Positions 10,244 to 22,005 of a DNA stretch of 64,000 nucleotides are shown here, piece after piece. The DNA is taken from positions 1 through 64,000 of the IMG/VR virus record IMGVR_UViG_3300021255_001258. One strand, written 5' to 3'. The translations under genes were made by a program, and so were the position numbers. How positions within the stretch are numbered: position 1 is the first letter of the stretch; each line of letters begins with the position of its first letter. Origin of the DNA: a virus (taxonomy: Duplodnaviria; Caudoviricetes). The notes beneath the pieces are model-generated. The model saw only the letters and a program-made list of their open reading frames with translations. It was not told where the DNA came from and did not search any database.

Positions 10244-10356
10244 TCTGCGGTGATGGAATAAGTAGACATGCGTAAGTGTTGCAGAGAGCCAGTCACGGAG
10301 TAATTAACCGTTTTACCGCGCCCGAACATGCAAGGTGTAAATCCTTGCCCGCAGAT
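10244..10356 (+). ncRNA. tRNA-like RNA with an aberrant anticodon domain
   Basis: Acceptor TCTGCGG/CCGCAGA, then TG, Leu-type D arm ATG-GAATAAGTAGA-CAT, T arm GCAAGG-TGTAAAT-CCTTGC; a branched centre of about 60 nt replaces the canonical anticodon arm. Confidence 0.6.
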
Positions 10357-10528
10357 TTGAACAAAATGAGTTTTTATGCCTGAGATGGTATGCGATTGAG
10401 GAAATGAACTCATGATTAATAAACTGATCATTTAAGCGGTGGGTTAGGATCAGCTCCGAAAGGTAAGCATGTCCAAGGATGAAGCAACTACCGTATAAAA
10501 AGATTATTTGATAATTTGGAGGAATATT

Positions 10529-11446
10529 GTGAAACAAAAACATTTTTTAGATATAGAAAATTTGCGTGAAAATGATACCGAATTAAGGCGTGGCAATGGT
10601 TATGGATTCAAAAAGGGCGACATTATTAGTATTACAGAAAAAATCGATGGCAGTAATTCTTCTATAAGATATGATCCAGAAACAAATAGTCTGATTGCCT
10701 TTTCAAGAAAACAGGAGCTGTCGTTTAATAATACCCTTCAGGGCTTTTGGAATTATGTACAAACTCTTGATATAAAACCTTTTAAAGACCATCCCTCATG
10801 GTTTGTATTTGGTGAACAAAATGGAACTAATAAAATTAAGTATAGACCAGAATATGTTAAGAAATGGATTGTATATGATATTTATGATTCCGATACGGAA
10901 CAATGGCAACCGCAGAATGTCGTAAAGAAGTTCTGTGAAGATTATGGTTTCCCATATATTCATGAACTGTATTTCGGACCATTTATTTCGTGGGATCATG
11001 TTCGAAGTTTTTTGCATAGTCCTGGATATGGTGATAGACAAGAGGGTGTTGTAATAAAAAATCAGACAAAGCTTAACAATCCAGATTCAAGACTTCCGTT
11101 TTATTTAAAGATTGTCAATGAAGATTTTAAAGAATCCATGAAGACGAAAGAAAAAGTTATTGATCCCGAAAAAGAAGAAGCAAAAGCAGAGGCGCAAAAA
11201 ATCGTTGAATCTATAGTAACAAAAAATAGGATAGAAAAAGAATTATTTAAGATGCGTGACGAGGGTATTATTCCGGAAAAAATTCAGCCGAGTGACATGA
11301 AACTTGTTGCCCAGAATCTTCCCAAAAGAATCTTTGATGATTGTATGAAAGAAGAGAAGGAATTAGTACTAGCCGCAGGAGAATATTTTGGAAAAATGTG
11401 CGGAGCATATACTATGAAACTAGCTAGAGAAGTGATATTGGGATAA
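10529..11446 (+). CDS. ATP-dependent RNA ligase (Rnl2-like)
   Basis: TEKIDGSN motif I, FGE, YDI, EGVVIK, LKIV; GTG start after GGAGG. Confidence 0.8.
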   Translation: MKQKHFLDIENLRENDTELRRGNGYGFKKGDIISITEKIDGSNSSIRYDPETNSLIAFSRKQELSFNNTLQGFWNYVQTLDIKPFKDHPSWFVFGEQNGTNKIKYRPEYVKKWIVYDIYDSDTEQWQPQNVVKKFCEDYGFPYIHELYFGPFISWDHVRSFLHSPGYGDRQEGVVIKNQTKLNNPDSRLPFYLKIVNEDFKESMKTKEKVIDPEKEEAKAEAQKIVESIVTKNRIEKELFKMRDEGIIPEKIQPSDMKLVAQNLPKRIFDDCMKEEKELVLAAGEYFGKMCGAYTMKLAREVILG

Positions 11447-12455
11447 GTTGGTATAACGGGGTATAACAACATGAATAAAGTAGAAATCAGATTAAATGTC
11501 GCCCAGGTAGATGATATATGGAGACAGGTAAATTCAAATAATAATTCTGTAGAAAAATTTATTGATGCTTTTGATTATCTAAAACGAGACAGACCGGATA
11601 CAGAAATAATAATCGAAACAACTTTTGGCTCTGGAACCTTAAAAATTTCTGACATAATGATTTATGATGATCCAGCCAGAAGAATTGTATTCGATGCAGA
11701 ATGAAAGAAGTGTTTGATTGGAATGCGTGTAATAGGAGAGATTAGTAATGGCTGAATTTATTGGCGGTGAAGTTAAGTACGTTAAAGTTGGCGAACCTGT
11801 TGGAATTGCTCCGCTTCCAAAACCAATTGCGACAGTGAAATTTGATGTAATATCTCCTGGGATATATAAGGTTGAGGTACGACAAGATGGATCGTGGATT
11901 GCAGTTAGAGATTATTTATGTAAAAAGGAAAGAATAAATGAAATTTGAAGTTCCAGAGAATTGTGGATCGTGTTTAAGTATAGAACAATTCGGAAACAAA
12001 TATATTTGTGGAATGCCAGTATCCAAAGAAAAAGAAATGCTTGATATCAGTGCTTTTGAAGTAGATATAAATTCTCGTCCGGATTGGTGTCCAAAAAATA
12101 AAGTTATTAATATTATAAATAATTTGTCGGAAGAAAACAAAGTTTTGGTTGATAGAATGTGTGACGGATTTTCGGCAATGTTTGAGTTGATGAATAATAA
12201 GAAGGATGGGAATTAAATTTTTGATGAGGATTGGGATTGTATAGATTGAAAGATATGATTTATGAGCGTTGAAGGATTTTTACTAAAAAGAAGAAGATTT
12301 AGAACACCGCATAACATGTATCAACTTACTGGAGATGATAAGCATTTTGATTTGGATGTGGCGATTAGCTTATTGGAAACTGTTGGGAAAGTAGAAGAAG
12401 ATGGTAAAGAGATATGGACAATAGTTCCACCGGGATATAAATGGAGTGTTGTGAA

Positions 12456-12827
12456 ATGACAAGAGTAATTATTGCGGGAAGTCGAGATTTCTATTCGCCA
12501 GGAATTTTTAATAATGTGATGACTGAATTTTTATCAGATATACCAGAGGATGAGTTGGAAATAATTTCTGGTGGTTGTCGTGGAGCAGATGCAATTGGTG
12601 AGCAATATGCTAAAGACTGGAATATTAAATGCACTGTTTTCCCGGCAGAATGGGATAAGTACGGTAAAGCCGCTGGTCCAATTCGCAACGAACAAATGGC
12701 TAAATATGCTGCTGAAGCCGATAGAGGAATGTTAATTGCTTTCCCGATTGGCGAGAGTAAGGGAACGAGAAATATGATTAAACTGGCACAACAGTATGGA
12801 TTGGAAATATATGTAATCGAGGAATAA
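12456..12827 (+). CDS. SLOG-superfamily protein (DUF2493/YspA-like)
   Basis: VIIAGSRDF, IISGGCRGAD, FPAEWDKYGKAAGPIRN..M, SKGTRNMI. Confidence 0.85.
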   Translation: MTRVIIAGSRDFYSPGIFNNVMTEFLSDIPEDELEIISGGCRGADAIGEQYAKDWNIKCTVFPAEWDKYGKAAGPIRNEQMAKYAAEADRGMLIAFPIGESKGTRNMIKLAQQYGLEIYVIEE

Positions 12828-15800
12828 TATGCGAATAATAGATGTAAATACAGATTATTATGATTACCTTCAGAACATATACCGAGATAATTCTTTGGTG
12901 TTTGATCGGAGAGATTCGTTTGTGTTAACTAAGAAATTTCTTTGCGAGTGTTTAAGAATTAATAACGGTTGTCTATCTAAGAATTATAGTTATAAGAATT
13001 ATCTGTTGCTTCAAATCTGTAATTCGTTTTGGTTATTCAGTGTAGATATAATCAAGTTCGACAATTATCGCCCAACTGATTATCAGATTGAGTTATTAAG
13101 ATCATGGAAAAACTACGATAAGGCTAGGAAGCTGATCAGTTTAGACGTTATATACTTTGGATTTATTCCTGGATATTATGAACTTAAAGATTCGGAGAAA
13201 ATGCTTGATTCACAAATTCAGGCAATCGATATTAATAACTATAGAATTTGGAAGAGTATAAATAGATTTTTTATTTATCCTGGCAATGATATAAACAGAA
13301 AAATAGAGAAACATATTCCACTATTGAAAGCATGTGGGATTGCTGAATGGATTGATCCGCTTGATGTGTATCTAGCGTTTGAGGAATATTTTTCTTTAGA
13401 AAAAAGTTCTTCCGAGAGGCGAGAACCAATTGGTAATACTGATATTGATAAAATTGAAAGCCATGGATTTGATGTTAAAACATCTTTTAGAGGGAAGAAT
13501 AAGAAGGAGTAATAACTATGACGGGATTTGAAGAACTTAAGAATGCTTATGAAGTGATTAAAAATGAGTACGGTTATCTTTGCAAAAGTATATCTTTGCC
13601 ATACGAGGATAATGAATATACTAAATTTGTATTTGAATACCAGGGATTTCCGATAAAGCATTCATTTTCATATTTGTTATATGAAAGTCCATACGGAGAG
13701 AATGACGATGTAGAATTCTTTGATAGTGAGAATGAGGTAATTTATACTGTATCACAATTGTTCGCCATTACGGATTTCGTTAAAACTATTCAGGATAATA
13801 GAGATAATAAAGATGTAATAAATGAATTTATTAATTATCTTAGAAATGAGTACTTAACAATGAATGAGGAATAATATGTTATCACAGGAAAATATTAATA
13901 AGCTGCACATGAATGGCATTTACCGCTGTGATCCGGTACTGGAATGGCTACCATCATATAAACGAGATACCCCTTATTGGTGTAAGAATTGGACGTTCAG
14001 GATTAGAAAATCTAATAAATATTACATGTATGATACTTATTGGTCAACTGGTGATGAGTACCCAATAGAATTAACTGATGAGAATTTCGATAAATTTGAA
14101 TACCTGTTTGATCTAAATGATATCCAATACATTAATAGCTACGAGAATTGGCTTGAATATCCAGAAGAAGACAGATGGAGAATCCCACTAGACTCCGGTG
14201 GTACTGCGTATGCTAAATATGTCATCAGGCGAGGTGCTAAGAAGATCAAAGAACGAGTAATCGAAAGAATACAGAGAGATATTGATTATTTAAGAAATGA
14301 TCTGACAAATAAAGAACGAATATTAAATGGGATAATTGACGGTAGTATTGATCCTGACCGATATTGATGAACATGATTGTATAGATTGGACAAACAAGTT
14401 TATTAGTGAGGTGAAAATATTAAATGACGAACTGTCCTAATTGTGGCGCTCCGATTGAGCCGTATAAATGTAAGTGCGAATACTGCGGGACCTGGTACTT
14501 TGATTTTACCGCATTTGATATGAGCGAAGATAAACCGTATTATGTTAAGTTTAACACTCCATATGGAGTAATTACGACATTGGCTAGACCAGAATTACAA
14601 ACTATCGACGTTTATGACGATTCCGTAGATTGTACTGATATCAGGGGAAACACTGTTTTGCGTTTTGTTAGAAGTAGAAATTGTGATTTAGGGGTGATAT
14701 TTCACTCTATAATTGACCCGGAAAATGGCAGCTTATATACATTGGGGGCAAGACAAAATGTTAAATGATTCATATTGGAAAGAATATAATGATGGAGAAA
14801 TGGCTTTCTTATATTCATCGGATAATAAAAAAATAGCTTATATTCAAAAACAAGAAAGCGGTTGGGACTGCACAATCTTTCATAAGTATATTGCAGAAGG
14901 ATTTTATTTGATGAATATAGATTCGATTGAAGAAGCAGAATGGCAGATGACACTTTATATCTATGATCGGTGCAATGAGATTGCAAATGAGCTTCATAAA
15001 CTCCGGGACCATCTTCCGAGTATTCATGAGTTGGCAGAAAAATCGGGAGTAACAAAAACGGAGGAATAATAATGAATATTCAGTACAACAACATTGGAAC
15101 AGAATTTGAAAGATTTGAAATATATCTCAGAGAAGAAGATTATCATAAGCTATTCACCGAGGAACCTTTTGGAAAATTGCTGATATTTTTCGAAGATCTT
15201 GGCAAGATGATTTCCGGCAATCCAGAGAAATTAAAAGAATGGACTTCAGGCTGCACAAGATATGATGGAGTATTGGAAGTGTCCAAAGAAATATGTAGGA
15301 TTCTCGAAGAGCAATGAAACAAGTCTTTTATCGGAAAAGAGGTAAAATGGGCAAAAAATATTATATAATTGCCAGAAACTATGAAGACAAGGTTTGGCAA
15401 TACGAAAAGCAAGTAAATACACTGTTTTTCGCACGTATCTTTTTTACATATGCCTGTCTTCGGTGGAATATTATTGAGATGCATAAAATGTAACCAGATA
15501 AAAATTAGATTTGATTGGAGAAAAGCCGATGAACATACCAGACAAACCGACAATTCCGCCAATGCCAAAAATAAAAACAGATGGATACATTGCTCAACCG
15601 TCTAATACTCCCAAACGAATATACAGATCTTTTTGTGTCGTCGGGAATGGCCGACCGGCAAATACATGCGAAGATCTAAATAGAAAGATAAGCTGTTTAC
15701 TGGAATATGGTTGGGCAATAGAGCGGATAGATTGTCATGATAATATTTACGGCATCTGGAAGGGTGACGAAAGAAAATATTATCCGACAAAGGATTATGT

Positions 15801-17990
15801 GATTATAGCAAGTGCAGAGGAAAATTAACCTATTTAAAGCACGACTTGAGAAGTGAACAAGTAGGCAAGTAATAGCACTTCGTGATTGGTGTGAAGCTGA
15901 AAGATGTCTTTGATGAGGAAAAATATGTATATAGAGATGCCACCAGATGCAATGCAACCACATGATACTTGGATTATTGCCTTTTGCCCAGATACAGATT
16001 CGTTCTTTGTCACCAATCAGAGAGCGTTCTACTGGGAATCCGAAGAAGAATTTGAATCCGAAGAAGATGGAATATATTTCTTTGAGCATCAGATTCAATA
16101 CTTCATTGATGTAGAAGAAAAATTAATGAGCGACATGTTTATTAATGATTGGAATACTGATTGTGTTTTTCTGGAGAACACAAATAGACGATATCTTAAA
16201 AACTAAGTTTTATCGGAGAGGTTACAGATTAATGAATACACTATATAATATAACTTCAACTAATATTGGAATTTTTTATAAAGATCAAAAGTGGAAGGAC
16301 GATCTATTTGAAGAATTGCTACGTGAAGCGCATGAATGCAAAACTCTGTATAGTTATAGTGTAACCGAAAATAGAATCCGGTTTTGTGATACATATATTA
16401 ATATCAATATTATTTTTGTGGGAGCAAACGAACATTCACGAGGACATAGATTTGATAGGATTTATTATCAAAATGACATTGATCAAAACACTTTCTCAAT
16501 GGTGATACGTCCATTGTTTATGCCGAAAATATTTCCGTTATATTTTTGACAGGTGAGATTTGTGACGCAGTATGTAAAACAATAGACAATTTTTAAGTAA
16601 TAAAATAAGTATTTAATAGGAGAATGTCATGTTATTTACAGCACACAAAGATGCAACCATTGATTATGACGGCATCGAGATAAAAGAATTTAATAAAGAA
16701 TTAGATTCTCCATTTGTTCCATTCCCTGGCGGTGGACTTGACAGATATTGTTATGTGATTTATCAAGGACTATTTGGTAAATATAAGATTAGACAATGTG
16801 AAGTTGTTGAGGTTTGGTTTACTAATATCTGGGGATGGCGTATGGATAATGGTTGGACGTTTATTAGCGATGAACTTGATAAAACCGTGTTCAGGTATGA
16901 CAATGAAGAACTTCGCAAAGCGATTGAGATTTGCGAGAAGAAAAACAGGATGAGGAAAGTTAAGGTTAAATACCTTTAAATGAGAAACAGCCAATAGATT
17001 AAGTAATAAAATACAAGGTATTAAACATGAAGATAATTAATCGTGATGAATTAGCAAAAATGCCGAATGGCACAGTGTTCTCATACTTTGATGGCTACAA
17101 TATCGATGGATTTGAAATCATAACGGGCAGCGATGGTGATGGATTTAATGGTACCATCAATTTGGAGCCAAGTTTTAACTGGGACAGTGATCATTCGGAA
17201 AGAATTACAAATTGGTCAACCGTAGATACCGCCGATTATGATTTTGATAAAAATTCCCGATTTGTTGTTTATAGCAAAAACGAAATACGCGAAATAATTC
17301 AGTGGCTAAAATGGGCTATTGACGAAAATGGACATCCCGATATGGAAAAGTATTTTTATAAAGACCAGGTAATATCAGAGGAAGAAGCTTCAAAATATAC
17401 TAACGGACGCGGCTTATGGTGGGGATGAACCAAGATTGGAGAAATTAATGAGTAAGATAGGCTATTTAATTAGGTTTCGACCGTATACATTAGAAGAAAA
17501 TTGCAAAGATGAAATATACCATAATCATTTTAGTCCTATTGATGAGTTTTATTTAGATGAAACAGAATTCAATGCTAGAGTTACTGAACTAGAAAATGGT
17601 TATTTCGAAGACTTAGATGGTTCTGTATTTGATGGCGTAGACATTGATGATTTATATTGGTGCGAATTACACCGAATAACGAACAGATAAAAAATAAATT
17701 TGATTGGAGAAATAAATGAGTGTTTGCTATACATTTTATCGTCCATGGGATATGAAAAAAATAGATAGTGGTAACTATGCCGGGATGCCATTTTTTAACA
17801 ATGACTGTCCAATTCAATTATACCCAGACGAAGAAAAGAGCATAGGTCAATGTTTTACAACAATTATTAATAGGTATGACGCGGTTAAGTTACAGAATAT
17901 GATGAATTGTAATGAAACATTATTTACAGATCTTATGGATGAGAATAATACAGATAGTTTAATTATAAGAATAACATAGGAGGATATTAT

Positions 17991-18242
17991 ATGGATTTCG
18001 ATTTGAGAGCAGAAGCAATTGTAACAACATATATTGAGGAACATTTGGATAAAACAGACGGTGTACCAGATTTTGAAGTGTTTATTGTATGGAAGTGCAA
18101 AACCTTACAGAACTGGAAATATCTATTGAGTAGTACGTTGTTTGATGGTATGTACTATGAGCTTACATATAATGGTGACAAAAGCGAATGGTATTTGGAT
18201 GCCTATAAGAAGTTTGAGAACCGAGTAATTCCTGAGATTTGA
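17991..18242 (+). CDS. DUF6275-family protein
   Basis: VFIVWKCKTLQNWKYLLSS..DGMYYELTYNGDK.E.YLDAYKK. Confidence 0.75.
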   Translation: MDFDLRAEAIVTTYIEEHLDKTDGVPDFEVFIVWKCKTLQNWKYLLSSTLFDGMYYELTYNGDKSEWYLDAYKKFENRVIPEI

Positions 18243-18299
18243 TTGGAGAAAAAGCTTATATGTACAAGTTGGACAAACAAGTTTGATTGGAGGAAGATT

Positions 18300-19136
18300 A
18301 TGCCGGTACATGATGATCTCGGTACAAGAATGAAGACGAACTATGAGCAGATTCAAAAAACAAAACTTATGAGACGTTGCCCAGTTGTTGTAAGAATTGA
18401 TGGCAAATCGTTTCATTCATTTACAAAAGGATTTAACAAGCCATTTGATGATATTCTTATCAAATCTATGCAAGAAACAATGGAATATCTCTGTGAGAAT
18501 ATCCAGGGATGTGTTCTTGGATATCATCAATCAGACGAAATTAGTCTTTTACTCATTGATTATCAGGCACTTAATTCACAGGCGTTTTTCGACTATGAAG
18601 TTCAGAAGATTTGTAGTATCACTGCATCAATGGCAACTATGGCTTTTAATAAATTTTTAACAAATAATTATCAACAGTGGGTTAAAGAAACTATTTCAGA
18701 AGATAAATTAATGGATTCTTCAAACTTACTTGATTATAAAGAGGAATTAATACTTAGTACGGTCTATTATAAAGCAATAGATAAAGGCGCAATGTTTGAT
18801 GCACGTTGTTTCAATATCCCCAAAGAAGAATGTACAAACTACTTCTATTGGCGACAACTTGATGCAACACGAAATTCAATCCAAATGGTTGGTCAGGCGA
18901 ATTTTAGTCATAAAGAACTTCAGAATAAATCCTGTAATAATATCCAGGATATGTTACATGAGCAGAAGGGTATTAACTGGAACGACTTCCCAACATATCA
19001 AAAAAGAGGATCTTGTTGCATTAAAATAAAACAGATGATTAATGACGTTGAAAGATCAAAATGGATTGTTGATAATGATATTCCTATTTTTGTTAACGAA
19101 GGAAGAGATTATATTGAGAAGTTGATTGGAGAGTAA
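18300..19136 (+). CDS. tRNA(His) guanylyltransferase Thg1-like protein
   Basis: VVRIDGKSFHSFT, YHQSDEISL, FDARCF, YFYWRQLDA..N, GINWND. Confidence 0.92.
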   Translation: MPVHDDLGTRMKTNYEQIQKTKLMRRCPVVVRIDGKSFHSFTKGFNKPFDDILIKSMQETMEYLCENIQGCVLGYHQSDEISLLLIDYQALNSQAFFDYEVQKICSITASMATMAFNKFLTNNYQQWVKETISEDKLMDSSNLLDYKEELILSTVYYKAIDKGAMFDARCFNIPKEECTNYFYWRQLDATRNSIQMVGQANFSHKELQNKSCNNIQDMLHEQKGINWNDFPTYQKRGSCCIKIKQMINDVERSKWIVDNDIPIFVNEGRDYIEKLIGE

Positions 19137-19138
19137 TT

Positions 19139-19762
19139 ATGATTCAAGGACTTTATGAATTTGCAAAGAAATGGTCTGCCAAAGGATCTGTGTGGATGAT
19201 AAGTGACACACACTTTGATGACGCAGACCGTGAAGCAATGGGTTACACAATCAGTAGCCAGGAACAAGCTGACATTCTTAAAAAGTATGTCCACAAGAAT
19301 GACACTCTGGTTCATCTTGGTGATGTTGGTGAATTGTCGTATCTTGAGAAACTGCCCGGTTATAAGGTTTTGATTCTCGGAAATCATGACTGGACGGCAA
19401 CGAAATATAAAGGTGTATTTGACGAGGTGTATGAAGGGCCATTAGTAATAGGTAAGAAATTAATTCTTTCGCATGAGCCGGTAAATGTGTTGTGGGCAGC
19501 AAACATCCATGGTCATGTCCACTTTCAGCCGTATGAGAATGACTGTGTTATCGGAAAAATGAACCTTGCAGCAAATGTATGTAATTACACTCCTGTAAGT
19601 CTTGGTAAATTAATCAAGGACGGGCTGTTGTCAAATATTGTCGATATCCATCGGCAGACCGTAGATAAGGCGATTGACAATCCTATCAAGAAAAACACCG
19701 TTATCAATCCAAATGACTGTGGAAGTATCGGTGGTTGGAGCATTGAGGAGGACAAAGAATGA
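19139..19762 (+). CDS. calcineurin-like metallophosphoesterase
   Basis: SDTHF, HLGDV, LGNHD, LSHEP, IHGHVH. Confidence 0.88.
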   Translation: MIQGLYEFAKKWSAKGSVWMISDTHFDDADREAMGYTISSQEQADILKKYVHKNDTLVHLGDVGELSYLEKLPGYKVLILGNHDWTATKYKGVFDEVYEGPLVIGKKLILSHEPVNVLWAANIHGHVHFQPYENDCVIGKMNLAANVCNYTPVSLGKLIKDGLLSNIVDIHRQTVDKAIDNPIKKNTVINPNDCGSIGGWSIEEDKE

Positions 19763-22005
19763 CATACGAGAATGATTATTTCGATATACCGGAAGACGTT
19801 AAATTAATGGACGACAATCAGCTTCATAAAGAAGCAAAAGAAGCATATGCCGACATGGAGCAGCGTCCGGTAATACACAAAAAGGAATCGTTGGATTCCG
19901 TATATTTTAAATTCGGTAGTGACATGACATACCTGGAGAAACTCAGAGAGATTGTTAATAATAATGACGATAGAGGACTTCTGAATTGGCTTGGTTTATT
20001 TGCAGACTGGTACGATCCGGGTGGTTGGTATGACGACAACTTATTATTAAGATACTTAAATGATGAGTATCCAGACGACAACGAAACATAATTTTGATGG
20101 TATATACAAGAGGCAAGCGTATGAAAAAAGAAGATTTGTTTGAGAAATGTTGTATTAATCAGTATCATGCCATGGATGGACTTGGCAGGGTTATCCTTTA
20201 TAAACGAAAGGATTTATATGACTGGGCAAAAGAAGCGGCAAGTAGAGGTGAGAAATACTTCTACTGCCGTCCAGTAAATAAGAATGACCGTTACGGTGAG
20301 CTTGAATTGTGTGAGCCGGAATACGGATGGTTTATTAAAGATAAGAACGGATTACCGGAAGAAATCTATAATAAATTAAACATGGAGGACTAAAATGAGT
20401 CTTGAGGCTGCATATGATGGATATGGGATTAATACAAATCCTCAGTTTGTATTTGACAAGTGCGAGAAACGAATTGCCAAGAAAAAGCAAGACATTGAAG
20501 ATCTAGAGAATGAGCTTATGTTGTTAGAAGATCAGGCCTTGCAGACTTATAAAAATTTTGTATATTATTTTAAATTAAATCCAGAGACGATTAGACACGC
20601 CAGAGAATGGTTGTGGATGGTTAAAAACAACAAAGACTCTGATGGCAATAAGCTTGATAAACGCAAGAAGTACGAAGAAAAATCTTATTTCGAGTTTATT
20701 AGAGACCATATGAAAGAAATACTTGGTATTTCCGACATAGAGATAACGTCCATTATTGATGTGAATTGGGGTCAGGCAAATGATATTGAATTTATCCATC
20801 TTGGTCATACCTGGCGATTGGAAGTTCCAGCAATCAAACATGTATCTATTAAAGACTATCGAAATTATGGTAGCATCGTCTTTAAACTAAGATTATGTCA
20901 TTGCGAAGAATGCTTAATCGAAACAATTGGTTCGACGTTTGAAGAAAACGAATTAGCGGATATTATGCAGAAAGGTATCAAGAAGTATTTATCGTAAGTG
21001 GGATTGATAATATGAATATATGTGCAAGTGAAATAAGTCTTAAAGGTGACGAAAGAAATATGAGTCAGGGTTCTATTAATGCGCGACAAGTTTTTATAGA
21101 ACATGAAAAACAAATAATTAAGTATGCAAATAATATAATTGAACTGTTAAGAAAAGCATATAGGAATCAAATTGTAGACGACACTAAAGACGAAGCAAGT
21201 AAGATAATCGCTTCTTGTCAAACATTTTTGAGTATATTGGAGAATACATAATGACATTAGGTAATATATTAAATCATTACGTTAAGGATGGCGCCGATGT
21301 ATATATCCCAATCACATACAGAACTATCATTACATCGGATGGCACGGATGTGTGCGCCGGATTTTGCCGGTATGAGAACGGTGAATTGATTTCCGAGGAC
21401 GGTGACAATTACTCCTTGGAAGATGAAATAATTAAATATGAGATGAAATTAGACAACAATATTAACGGTACGATGCAGATGCATTTAACCGTATGGTATG
21501 AAAGCGAGTGGTTAACAGATGATTGTTACGGGTAATCCCATTTGGGATGCAGATAAATCCACTAAGGATATACGCCCATACATAAGGTGCGAGTCCTGTG
21601 GCAAAGAGATTTATATGCCGGACGAAACGTATGCCGGTGATCCATATTATTACATTGACGATGAGTGTATATGCGAGGATTGTTTTCCAACATATGCGAA
21701 AGAACATTGGTATAAGGAGAATTACTATGCGGAATCCTGATAGGCTTGATGGCTTTTATGATGAGTTAAAAAAAATACATAAAGAACATTTTCCGGACTG
21801 GCGCTTCGGTCAGTTCATGTACAACTTTATGGTTTGGCTAAATAACACGCAGAACAACGATGGCTTTTATTATGAAGAAGATAAGATGTTGGAGTTGTTT
21901 AAGAAGTACGTTGGTGAAATCAAATGAGAGACGCAATTATAAGACTGATACTGATTTGGATTATTGGATCAATTGTGTTAACAATTGCAGATAAAGAGGA
22001 TTGAT

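Larger units (their letters stand above)
5847..20098. repeat. dispersed dyad ATRAAA-N6-TTTNAT at gene boundaries
   Basis: Strict copies start at 5847, 9456, 10045, 10495, 11701, 15314, 15498, 16600, 17687; near copies at 5449, 7539, 10227, 10360, 12246, 16196, 20081; two more strict copies at 38002 and 38084. Confidence 0.8.
11471..21740 (+). other. dense array of small co-oriented hypothetical genes (e.g. 12829-13512, 13518-13874, 14424-14768 zinc ribbon, 15904-16206, 16629-16979, 17027-17428, 20395-20997)
   Basis: Short + strand ORFs with RBSs, tightly packed; most not recognised. Confidence 0.6.

Noticed and set aside
10244-10356. Suppressor tRNA-CUA
   Set aside because: No canonical anticodon stem-loop and no CTA in a 7-nt loop.
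10378-10445. TPP riboswitch or hammerhead (CTGAGA, CTGATC, GAAA)
   Set aside because: The words are present but the required helices and spacing could not be built.
5449-20098. CRISPR array or classical integron attC sites
   Set aside because: The repeats are 18 bp, irregularly spaced around whole genes, with no GTTRRRY/RYYYAAC long hairpins, and there is no cas gene or recognisable IntI.
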